A DNA stretch of 64,000 nt from positions 62,001 through 126,000 of the forward strand of contig JAXLNO010005735.1 in NCBI GenBank assembly GCA_038087875.1. The letters are read 5' to 3'. The notes under the pieces were generated by a model. That model had not been told where the DNA came from. It was given only the letters and a program-made list of their open reading frames with translations, and did no database searches. Each line of letters begins with the position of its first letter. Position 1 is the first letter of the stretch. The stretch is from Malacoraja senta (lineage: Eukaryota). The position numbers were made by a program, and so were the translations under genes. Positions 52,226-64,000 of this stretch are shown in pieces.

Positions 52226-55200
52226 ATGCAAGATGTTAATATGACAAGAGGGGGTCAGGGAATAACATTTTGTAGTTGGAATGTTAAGGGAATCAATGAA
52301 CCAATTAAGAGAGGTAAAGTTTTGGCACATCTAAATTCAATCAAAACAGATATAATATTCCTTCAAGAAACACACCTTAAAAAGGAATCTCAACATAGAC
52401 TTAAAGCTAAGTGGATCGCTGAATCATATCATTCCTCTTTTTCCCATAAGTCCAGAGGAGTTGCAATATTAATTCGTAAAGGAATACCTTTTACGAATTC
52501 ATCAACAATAGCGGATATTGATGGTAGATATATTATATTAGTTGGAGAGTTAAATGGAGAGAAAGTGATTCTTCTTAATGTATATGGGCCTAATTTTGAT
52601 AACCCTATGTTTTTTAATAAAACATTTAATATAATTCCTGAATTTTCACAATCTAAATTAATAATTGGAGGAGACTTCAATTGCACATTAGATTCATACT
52701 TAGATAGATCATCAAGGCAAAAAAAAGTAAAATCTCAATCAAGTGTATTTTTAAATTCATTTATTAATACCACTAATATTAAGGATGTCTGGAGAATTGA
52801 AAATCCAACTGGACGGGAATATTCATTTTACTCACCAGTACATAAAACATACTCAAGAATAGATTATTTTTTAGTTGACTCCACGTTTATCCCATTTACT
52901 TACAACTCAAAACACCATAATATTATAATCTCAGATCACGCACCTGTAACATTCATGATTAAATTAAATAGAATGTCCGAGAAACAAACATATTGGAGAT
53001 TTAACCCACAAATTTTGAACGAAAGATCATGCGAAGAATATCTTACTAAACAGATTCAAATATTTTTTGTGGTATATGACAACCCTGACACACCTACTTC
53101 TCTTATGTGGGAAACGTTTAAAGCGTTTGTTCGAGGTGCATTAATTTCTGCTCAAGTATTTTATAATAAAGAGAACAGGATTAAACAACAAACATTGGAA
53201 AGGGAAATCAAGCAACAAGATATAGAAAATGCGAGAATGCCATCTATTTTAAAACATAATAAAATTGCTGTATTGAAATATAAATTAAACAAAATGTATT
53301 CAGAACAAGTAATAAAACTTTATCAAAAAACAAACAATTACATTTTGAGTTTGGAGACAAACCACAAAAACTATTAGCACGTCAGTTACGAAAAATGGAA
53401 GGGGAAAAAATAATTCATAAAATTAGAACAGAGACAGGAGAATTATTAAAAATGCCCAAGGATATAAACGAAAGATTTCTCCAATACTATCATAATCTTT
53501 ATTCAACTAAAACTGTAGTACAACCAGAAGGAATAGCAGATTTTTTACTAAAATGTAATTTAAAAGGTTTAGATTCAAACGATAGAGAATTATTAGAAAG
53601 GGAGATTACGATAAAGGATATTGAGGAGTCTATTGGCTCTTTAAAAAATGGTAAAGCAGTAGGACCAGATGGTTTAGGCTCTGAATTCTATAAAAAAAAT
53701 TATGACTTGCTCTCCCCACGTTTACAAAGGCTGTATGAGCATATCTATACTCAACAGAAACTTCCAGATACTTTAAATGAATCTATAATAACACTTATTC
53801 CTAAAGTTGATAAAGATCCGGAAGATCCGGGATCATATAGAGCAATTGCACTTTTAAATACAGATCAGAAAATATTAACTAAAATACTAGCGCATAGATT
53901 AAGTACAGTGATGAATAAATTAATACACCCTGACCAAACAGGCTTTACTCAGAAACGGTACTCATATTATAATCTAAGAAGATTATTTAATATTATTTAT
54001 TCTAAGAGAATTATTAATGAAGATCTAGCAATAATCTCACTTGACGCTGAAAAAGCATTTGATCAGGTTGAATGGTCTTATTTATTTTCGGTGATGGAAA
54101 ATATGCAGCTAGGGGAGAAATTCTGCACATGGATAAAACTGTTATATACAAACCCTACGGCTAGAATATTAACAAACCAAAGGTTGTCATCTAAATTCAG
54201 CCTATCTAGAGGTTGTAGACAAGGATGCCCGTTATCTCCATTATTATTTGCGCTTGCTATTGAGCCACTCGCAGAAAGAGTTAGGGGTCATCCGGAAACA
54301 CATGGGTATAACACAAAGGACACAGTGAATAAAATTTCTCTATACGCAGATGATGTACTAATTTACATTACAAAACCAGAAATTAGTATTCCAAACTTAT
54401 TAAAGCTAATAACCCAATTTGGTTCACTCTCAGGATACAGAATAAATTGGAATAAAAGTGAAATTATGCCAATAAGGGAACACAACAAACAGATAATACA
54501 ACAATTTCCATTTAAAATAGTAAACGAAAAATTTAAATACCTAGGCATTTACGTAACTAAGATATATACATCATTATTTAAAGCAAATTTCCCCCCATTA
54601 CTGAACAAACTACATAAGAATATTCAATATTGGAAAACACTTCCTATCTCAATGGTTGGCAAAATTAATGCCATAAAAATGTTTTTTTTTACCGCAAATA
54701 TTATACCTTTTTCAGACAATTACGATATATTTGTCAAAAAACTTTAAAAAAAAATTGGATTCCATTGTTAATGATTTTATCTGGGATTATAAGAATCATA
54801 GGATAAATAAAAGACATTTGTGTAAATCAAAAATAAATGGAGGCTTGGTTTTACCCAACTTTCTGTTTTATTTTTGGGCAGTTAATATTAAAAATATGAA
54901 TTTCTGGTTGGAAGAAATAGATCAACAACTAGATTGGTTAAAAATGGAAAAGGAAGATTGTTTACCTTTTGATATCGGCTCGATATTATTTGCTACGTCT
55001 AAATTAAACAAAAAAAATTGTAGGAAAACCCTATAATATTTAGTGCTATACGAATTTGGAAACAATTAAAAAAGACATTAAAATTAGATAATTTATCACT
55101 TTTTCTTCCAATTGTGAATAACCCTTTGTTTAAGCCCTCATGGTTGGACAGGGGTTTTACACAATGGAAGAATTATGGAATTAAAAATATGGGACAACTT

Positions 55201-56040
55201 TACAAGGAATGCACCTTTCTGACATTTCAGGAGTTGCAACAGACTTATGGACTTCAAGGAAATGATTTTTTCAGATATCTTCAACTCAGAGATTATGTAA
55301 AATCGAATACTCAAAATTTTCGAATTAGAAATTCAGAAATTCTTGACGAATGTTGGAATAAACATCCTAATACAGAAAAATTAATATCTTATATATATAA
55401 TATTTTATTAGACAGTGACATTCCATCGACGGACTTACACAGACAAACATGGGAAAAAGAATTAAATCAAATAATAACGAAAGATACTTGGGAAGAAAGT
55501 TTACAACACATACATCAATGTTCATTAAATGCCAGACATTCATTAATACAATTTAAAGTAATACATAGGTTACATTATTCAAAAACAAAATTACATAAAA
55601 TCTTTCAACATATCTCACCTACATGTGATAAATGTCAACATTTAGAAGCTAACTTATCTCATATGTTTGCAAACTGTATAAAAATAAACAAATTCTGGGT
55701 AAATATTTTCAGTATAATATCTAAAGTGACCAGCACACAATTGGACCCGGATCCAAAATTAATAATACTCGGAACATTAGAATTAAATCAAACATTTAAA
55801 ACAACACAAAGAAACTTTATTGATTATAGTATAATAACGGGAAAAAAATTAATTCTAAAATTTTGGAAAGGCCCTATAACCCCCACAATCAAAATGTGGA
55901 TTATAGAAATGACGGAGACCTTAAACGTGGAAATAATCAGATTTTCCCTGTTGGACAAACAGGAATTATTCGTTGGAACATTGTCTCCCTTTATTGATTA
56001 TTTAAAGGGTCAGAATGGTTCAGCACAGGAACCTGACTAG
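52226..56040 (+). CDS. L1 ORF2p (APE endonuclease, RT, zinc knuckle), split by three 1-nt frameshifts
   Basis: SWNVKG, FLQETH, GGDFN, SRIDY, SDHAP; SLDAEKAFD, RQGCPLSP, LYADD; CDKC...HMFANC. Frameshifts at about 53330, 54690 and 55025. Confidence 0.9.
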
Positions 56041-59000
56041 CACTCGGGCTAAAGAATGGATGAAATGCTATACTCTGAAATGTACGAATATATCTCGAAT
56101 GAAGTTTTTTATTTTAATAAATTTTTCCATTCTTCTTTAACTATTTTTTTCTTTTCTGTTTTTTTTTTTTTTTTTTTTTTTCTTTCTCTCTCTTTTCTTC
56201 TCTCCCTTTTCTTTCTTTACTTCATCTATCTTTTTAGTTCTATCTAGTTTAAAAAAAACAAAAAAAGGCAAAAGGTATTGGAGACAATGTAATAATAATT
56301 GACAATATTATCAATTCAAAAATGTAAGACTGGTAATGATGTTAATAGGTTGTGTACTTATCTCCAATAAAAAATATTTTCAAAAAAAAAAAAAACGAGC
56401 TAACTTATCTTTTGACATATGAGCTCTGTGAACCACCTTGAATTGTATCAAAGCGTGTCTGCACACATTGAAGAGGTATTAACTAATTGAAGGATCCTCT
56501 CCCATTTCTCTATAGATAAAGACATTTGGAGTTCTCTTTCCCAGTCATTATTAATTTTATCAAATGTATCTATTTGTAATTTTAAAATCAACTCATGAAT
56601 AGTCGTTATTAATTCTTTCTGATAAGGGTTCAACTGTAAAAAAAAATCAAAAATTTCGGGTTGTGGTAGCGGAAAAAGGGGTAGTTCCTTTTGTCTAATT
56701 TGTAAATATCTAAAAAAGTGTGAATTAGGTAAGTTATTGGAGAGTTGTTCGAAAGACATAAAACAACACTCCAAAAACAAATCACAAAAAGCTACTAATC
56801 CCTTCCTCTTCCATAACAAAAAAAATTGATCAGTACTAGATGGTTGGAAGAGAAATTTGGATAACATCAGATAGTCCAAAAAACTTATGAAATTGAAACC
56901 GTATTCGGAACGTATGTCTTATTATTGGGTTCGTCATATATTTATTCAATCTCGTAATTGTAAAAGGTAACGAGGTCCCTAGAATAGAAGCCAATTATAG
57001 CCCTTGTAAGGAATCACGTTCTAGGTTTATCCATCCAGGGCATTGGGTATCTTCTAAATCTTTTGTCCAAAATGTTAAATAACGAACATTGACTGCCCAA
57101 TAGTAGAGTCTAAGGTTCGGCATTGCCAAACCACCAACTTTTTTTGATATCTGTAGGTATTTTTTACCTAGTCTGGCATTTTTATTCTGCCATATATATG
57201 AAGAAATTTTAGAGTCTATAATATCAAAGAAAGATTTGGCAATACAAATTGGTATCGTCTGAAATAAATACAGAAATTTAGGTAAAATGAGCATTTTAAT
57301 AGCATTGATTCGGCCAATTAAGGATAAGGACATTGGTGACCATTTAGTGAACTGATGTTTAATATGGTCAATTAAAGGAATAAAATTAGCTTTAAATAAA
57401 TCCTTGTGTTTCTTGGTGATCTTAATACCTAAATAAGTAAAACTTTCGGTAGTCAATCTAAATGGAAACTGTCCATAACTCGAAACAAAATTATATAATG
57501 GGAAAGCTCACTCTTACTAAGATTTAGTTTATAACCAGAAAAACTACTGAATTGATTAAGTAATGCTACTATTGCCGGAATAGATTTCTCAGGGTTAGAA
57601 ATAAATAATAACAGATCATCTGCATAAAGAGATAGCTTATGTGTCTTATTCCCACGGACAATACCAAAAATATTAGGGGATTCCCTAATAGCAGTGGCTA
57701 AAGTTTCCAAAGCAATATGAAATAGTAAAGGACTTAAGGGACAGCCCTGTCTAGTACCTCGAAAGAGCCTGAAAAAAGGGGATCTCTGATTATTAGTAAA
57801 TACAGAAGCCTGAGGTATAAGATATAGCAGTTTGATCCAAGAGATAAATTTTGGACCAATCTTAACTTTTTCAAGTATATTGAATAAGTATTCCATTCTA
57901 CTCTATCAATAGCCTTCTCGGCATCAAGTGAGATGACACATTCTGGGGTTTTATTAGACGCTGTATGTACAATATTTATTAATCTCCTAACATTAAAGAA
58001 TGAGTAACGATTTTTAATAAAACCTGTCTGATCTTCAGAGATAATTTGCGGTAAAATATTTTCCAATCTCATAGCTAATATTTTGGAAAGAATTTTAAAA
58101 TCTACATTTAACATTGATATAGGTCTATATGATGTCACTTCAGTAGGGTATTTATCTTTTTCTTAAATTAAAGAAATAGAAGCTTCATAAAAAGATTGTG
58201 GTAATCTATTCCTTTAAAAAAGCTTCTTTAAATACCTTGCATAGCCATGGAGACAATAAATTTGAGAAATACTTTAAAAATTCTACTGTAAACCCATCTA
58301 AACCGGGTGTTTTACCAGAATTCATTGAAAAAATTGCTCTCTGTATTTCTTCTTCCGTGATGGGTTCATCTAACAACAGAGACTCATTGTATGGTAAATT
58401 TGGTAAGTTCAGTTTCTTTAAAAACTCATGCATTATATTGGAATCAGTAGGAAAATCTGATTGGTATAGGGAGGTATAAAATTCCTGAAAGGATTTATTA
58501 ATTTCGTCATGGTCTACAGTTACTGTACCATCCCGTTTACTCACTTTAGTAATCTGACTCTTGGCCGACACTGCTTTCAATTGATTAGTAAGTAATTTAC
58601 CAGATTTTTGCCATTTATATAAAATTTACTTTTGGTTTTAAGTAACTGGTTCTCAATCGGTGATACTAATAACAAATCATATCTCAATTGAAGTTCAACT
58701 ATTCTTATAGAGCTCTAAACTAGGAGCTTTTGAATATTTTTAATCAATTTCTTTAATCTCGTCAGCCAATGTGCGTATTTCTTTTTGTGTTTGTTTTTTT
58801 AATCCCGCGGAGTATGAAATAATTTGTCCATGAATATATGCCTTAAAAGCATCCCAAACTATATCATTCGATATCTCTTCATTAGAGTTTGTCAAGAAGT
58901 AAAAAGCAATCTGATCTTTCATAAACTTAATAAAGTTTAAGTCTTGAAGCAAAGTAGCATTAAATCGCCATTGTTTAGCACTAAACTTGGAATCAGGTAG

Positions 59001-61844
59001 TTTGATCAATAGTTTCACTGGTGCATGATCAGAAATAGCAATTGCATCATACTCACATGCAATGACGAATGGAATTACCGAGAATCTAGTATAAAATAGT
59101 CGATCCTAGAATAATTATGATATACATGAGAGAAAAATGAAAATTCTTTGTCATTTGCGTGTAAGAATCTCCAAATTTCTAACATTCCCGAGTCAAGTAA
59201 AAAAGAATTAATAAAATTAGCTGATTTATTTGGAAGCACATGATCAGATGTAGACGTATCAATCGAGGGATTCAAACAGCAATTGAAGTCTCCACCCATT
59301 ATTAAAAAGTGTTCATTTAAGTTAGGAAAGGATGCAATTAACTGTTTAAAAAACTCAGGGTGATCAATATTTGGTGCATAGACATTCACCATAGTGACTT
59401 TTTGCCTATAAAGGACACCGGTAATCATCTAGAATCTGCTATATGGATCAGAAATTGTTTCATGGTGAACAAACGGAATTGAGGGGTCGATAAAAATAGA
59501 GACTCCTTTCACCTTAGCCTGTGAATTTGAATGAAACTGCTGTCCTCTCCAAAACTTGAAAAATCGTGACTTGTCATCTTGCCTTACATGAGTTTCCTGA
59601 ACAAAGATAATCTGAGCATTTAGTCTGTGAAGAACTTTTTAAAAAAATCCTCTTAATGGGATGGTTCAAGCCATTCACATTCCATGAAAGGAACTTTATC
59701 CATATTGCTTGTAAAAATCATGTGGGATGTAATGGGTTAATTTCTTGAAGCCTAAAAGTTCATAATACTGGAAGAAGAAAAATCTAGGGCGGAGCCAGGT
59801 GACGACATTTCAGCCAATTTTGTAGTTCAGAATTTGCACAAATGGAGATCACTAAATAGGGAACAAAAGACCCCTCCCCCTCCCCCTCCCACCCCTGTAG
59901 AACCCCAAACTGACCAAAAGACAGTCAGCAAACTACCTAATCCCCTCCCCGATCCCATCTCTCCCAGTAACAGCGCTCAGCATAAAATGAATAATATTTA
60001 ACCACTACGTCATAACACATTCGTTATTATCTCTTTGAGAGAGAAGAAAAAAAATACAGACTGGCATGGAATGCTGCTTATTATTATCCAAGGTCAAAAT
60101 ATGAAAAACAAGAACTGCGTTCTCTTAGTTTGTCTAACGACAGGGGAACACGAATTAACAAAGAAATTCTTAAAAGAATATATATAAAAGAAAAACAACT
60201 CGTCCAGTTAAATTCTTAATCATTACCAAACGAAATGTTGTCAAAAGAGGAACAGTAAATCTCCAATTATAACTTAATCAGCTATCAATTACTCCCCTTC
60301 CTCGTCGTAGCTCTTCAGACGCAGCTGGAGGCGTCTTGAGGACTGTTAAAAAATCGAAAGTTACCATTGAAAAGCCGAATACGCAATCTAGCTGGTGATA
60401 ATAGAGCTGGGCGCAGTTTTTTCTTATACAAATCAGACATTACATTATAAAAAGTCTTTCTTATTTCCAAAAGCTCGTAACTATAATCAGGGACAAACCG
60501 AAACTTACATCCTTCGTATTCAACCACACCAAACTTTTTTGCTGCCTGGAGAATATTCTCCTTCATTTGAAAAAAATGAAACCGAATGATCAAGTGCTCG
60601 GTTTATTACCGGATTTCTTCCCAATCCTGTGTGCCTTATCCAGGAACAGAAGGTTTTCATTGTGCTCAATGTTGAATGTTTCCTTTATCATTTTAGAAGC
60701 ATATTTTATAACGTTATCTCCTCCTTGGCCTTCCGGCAAACCAACAATTCATCAATTCAAACGACGGCTTCTGTATTCTAAGTCCATATTTTTAGACTTG
60801 TATTGCTGAAGTTCTCAAGTGTTTTCATTCATTCTCCGTTCCAATTTTTCAAATTTCAAATCTCTCTCCTGTCCCAGGGTGCGCAAGATATCAATTTGAT
60901 CCTTTTGTTCACGAAGTTCATCTTGTAACAAAAACAGTTTTCCTTGGACTTCCTTCAATTTGGTCAACTCCTTTCACCATTTCTTCCAAACTGCCAAATC
61001 TTGTTTTCGTTTCATTTTTCAGCTCATTTTTCAATTCATCGTTCATTTTCGATATTGCTTCTATGATGCTGGAATCAGAAGCTACAGCTGTGGTTGTGGC
61101 TTTCCCCAGTTCCTTCTTTGGGGATCCTCCTTTCCTTCTTGTCTCCATCCTGTTCACGATTAAGGCGTGTAAATGTGTTATCAACACTTTATGAACAGTT
61201 AGACGATGTCTTGAAGTCAAATAGTCACCAGTAACATTGAAAGAGTGGTCAGTGGAAGTTAAAAGTTAAGGGAGCAAACGAGTTTGCAACCTTACAGCAT
61301 GCTGCCACTAGGAGAGTCTAGTTATTGACATGTTATTGATGTTCATGATTATTCTGTTCTTTGTGCCTGGCCATTTTGACTTTGTCACATTTTTCTTGGT
61401 TTATGATATTGTACAAGATTTGCAATCACACCTCCCAATTGACTAAAATTATCCCAATTAACTAAATGCCTACTATGGCATTTAAATTATTGCATTATAT
61501 TCAGTGCAGGGTAGAAGCTGCAGTTTTTAAAAGGGCAAGTTTTTATTACATACTATGTGGTGTGTGCCTGGAAAGCACTGCCAGGGATGGTGGCGTCTGG
61601 GGTGCACCTTTGTGGTGCATGGAGATGCAGGGGTTTGAGGGACATGAATCATTTGCAGGCAGATGCTGCCTAACTGGTGTCTGTCCGACTGATCTGGAGG
61701 GATCTGATGGTCAGGCAGGGAATATTTCCAGTGACCCAATGGTGCTGAGTTCGCTGAATTTTACGGTGAATGGGAATGCCCCTGTAATAGAGGAACAGGT
61801 CCTTTGTCCAACAACGTTTGTGCTGAACATGACGCAACCTGAGG

Positions 61845-62350
61845 CAGAGTGGCGCTGCTGATAGAGCTGCTGCCTCAGTGCGTCATAGACATCAGTTCAA
61901 TCCTAACCTCGCTTGTCGGCTGTGTGAAGTTTGCATGTATTCCCTATGACCGCATGGGTTTCCACTGTCCTCCAGTTTTCACACACATACTAAAGATGCC
62001 AGGTTTATGGGTTAATTGGTCTCTGTAATTTGACCCTAGTGTGGAAGCGAAAGTTAGATAACATAGAACTTGTGTGAACGAAACTATTTGAAGGAGTATT
62101 GAGTTTTTTGTTTAGTTTAGAGAGAGAGCATTGAAACAGACACTTCGGCCCCACTGAGGCCGCACCAACCAACGATCACCCACATAAGCTAGGAACACGT
62201 CAATTAACCTACAAACCTGCACATCTGTCTTTGGAATGTGGGAGGAAACTGGAGCACCTGGAGAAACCTATGCAGTCACAGGGAGAAGGTACAAATTCCG
62301 TACAGACATCACCCGTGGTCAGGATCAAACCCAGGTGTCTGGCACTGTGC
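61845..62350. mobile_element. Two tail-to-tail HE1-like SINEs (+ about 61845-62080, - about 62105-62350)
   Basis: Degenerate matches to the SINE head and core on opposite strands. Confidence 0.65.
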
Positions 62351-62482
62351 CTTTATATCTGGAAGGAAGATGTTATGTGGGATGAATCAACAGTTAAAGC
62401 AAATAAACTAGTTGCATCTTTCTGAGTTCTGTTCTCTGCTATGCCATTTCTTTGTTGTCTAATATTTAATTTCCCTCCTCAG

Positions 62483-62523
62483 ATTATCAAAATATTCAAC
62501 CAAAGCAGAACGTGCACTGCTAA
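62483..62523 (+). CDS. Candidate terminal cytoplasmic exon of the class I-like gene (DYQNIQPKQNVHC*)
   Basis: Strong acceptor atttaatttccctcctcAG. Phase 1 matches the TM exon. Gives a YxxI motif then TAA, with ATTAAA at about 62556 and AATAAA at 62575-62580. Its link to the TM exon across a 21.9 kb intron is inferred. Confidence 0.62.
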
Positions 62524-63509
62524 CCAATCGCTGAGTAGAAGATTTCATGGATGTGATTAAAATGCAGGAACTGAAATAAATGGAAAGAGTTAAATTAAGT
62601 TTATCAAACATGACAGAAATTCTCAATAGACTGCCCTGCATTTGTACAAATTAGAGCTATCTAGCAATTTATGTTGATAACAGCTGATATGACTGAGGCC
62701 TCAACTCCTTTACTGTGCTTATTCCACATAAGACACAATTCCCTGGTCTTTTAGAATATATCCACGCATTATCCATCAATTCACCACCACATCATGCCTC
62801 TTTAATACATTCATAAGGTTAACTCTGTTTCTTGTCATCTCCAAGGGACACGGAACCAATGATTTCAGCCATTCATGGTTAGGCAACACTTGCTTATTCC
62901 AGAAATCTCTTCTAGCTGATATCAAATATTAATATATCCTTTCTTAAATTTGAGGACCAAGCTGTGCACAGTGCTCCTGATATGTCCTTAGCAACATCAT
63001 GTACCATAATTACAATAGTAACCTACTTTGAACGCCAATATGCTACTCACCTTCTGAGTTGTGTGCTGCATCGACCTGCTGGCTTTTTGTTTTGCACTTT
63101 AAGCACTTGAATCTCTTGTACTCCACTCATTTGCAATCTCACTCCATTTAGATAATAGCTTCCTTTGAATTGCTCTTACCAGAGTGTGTGAGCACATATT
63201 TTCCATTATTAAACTCCATTTGCCATGTTTATGTTCATCTAACAAAGAGTCATATAGCCATATAGCATGGAAGTAGGTACTTCAGCCTAATGCTCCTAGC
63301 TGAACAAGATGCTACATCTAGGTTAGTCACATTTGCCAGCCTTTGGGCCCACATTCCTCTCAACATGTTCTATCCATGTACCTGTCCAAGTGTCTTTTCA
63401 ATGTTGTTATTCTGCCTTCGCTGGCAGCTCATTCCATACACCCAGTAACCTCTTCGTAGAAAAGGTTGCCTCTCAGGTTCCTACTAAATCTTCCTCCTCA
63501 CCTTAAACC

Positions 63510-64000
63510 CAGGGGTGCAGTGCTGCCGGAGCTCACCTGAGCACCGATCCGGCACCTCTGTTAAAGAAAAAATAAACAGCGTGGAATTTTAACTAGCGGA
63601 TGTGTGGTCGGGGTAACCTGATTAAAAGAGGGGTAAGGGGAAGATCCATCACTACTGAGGTTCCCTGTAGGAGGGGGGAACACTATGATGCAGCAGAGAC
63701 AGACCATGTGATGTGTGCATCGTTTGTGGTTGTGGGCCTGGAGCTGAGCCTGGAACTCTGGTGGGTGGGTGAGTGGGTGGGTGTGTGTGTAGGTGAATGG
63801 GTGTGAGGGTGAGAGTGTGTGTGTGTGTGTGAAGGCCCAGAGCTGTGGGATAGTCAGGGCGAGTCGGTGTCTTGCCGGCACCTCTGTAAAAATACATGAT
63901 AACAGTCTTTTTCTTTACTTGCTTCATAATTATATTTCATGATAATCAGTGAGTGCAACCGTGCAATATTTTGTCATAATTAAATTAAGTATTATATGTT
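63510..64000 (+). mobile_element. Left end of a hAT-like element inserted in a CR1 remnant; runs off the window
   Basis: Starts caggggtgcagtgc. The interior gaattttaact...gtgtggtcggggtaacctgattaaaagag...atcactactga is nearly identical to 24920-25010. The right TIR is not visible. Confidence 0.6.

Larger units (their letters stand above)
49911..56390 (+). mobile_element. Young full-length L1 (~6.5 kb)
   Basis: 16-bp TSD aaaaacgagctaactt (49895-49910, 56391-56406); 5' end gacttccggtggcgctatgg; CpG-rich 5' UTR; ORF1; ORF2; AATAAA plus poly(A). Confidence 0.96.
43985..61315 (-). mobile_element. Older full-length L1 (minus strand), frameshifted, hosting DIRS1 and a second L1
   Basis: ORF1 remnants at 60315-61220; EN at 59075-59705 (VNVYAPN, MGGDFN, YSRIDY, ISDHAP); RT at 57450-58580 (SLDAEKA, RQGCPLSP, LSLYADD); C-terminus at 49479-49900 and 56407-56880; A-rich 3' UTR at 43985-44126 and 49148-49420. 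Confidence 0.9.

Noticed and set aside
61466-61861. 131-aa ORF, with a possible phase-1 acceptor at 61658, as a cytoplasmic exon
   Set aside because: Weak pyrimidine tract, no recognisable motif, and the stop lies in a SINE head. The 62483 exon is a better candidate.

Overview
Repeat-dense vertebrate genomic DNA. The repeat families (HE1-like V-SINEs, CR1, Penelope, Rex/Babar, L1, DIRS, hAT, Harbinger) and shark-type class I residues point to a cartilaginous fish, probably a skate or ray (inference). The one host gene I can support is a + strand MHC class I-like gene: alpha1 exon (17110-17370), alpha3 Ig-C1 exon (37509-37775), TM exon (40465-40572) and a candidate terminal cytoplasmic exon (62483-62523) that gives the tail RKKRR-DYQNI. 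All four exons are open and phase-compatible. I could not find an alpha2 exon in the 20 kb between alpha1 and alpha3, and I did not find a leader exon. The introns hold nested elements: a Buster hAT containing a Tip100-like hAT (TSDs match for both), and an older minus-strand L1 containing a DIRS1 element with complete termini and a young full-length L1 with a 16-bp TSD. Many Penelope terminal repeats carry minimal hammerhead-ribozyme-like motifs, some as palindromes or tandem multimers. There are two N gaps (26017-26351, 51719-51847). Boundaries of degenerate repeats are approximate; exon, TIR and TSD coordinates were read base by base.
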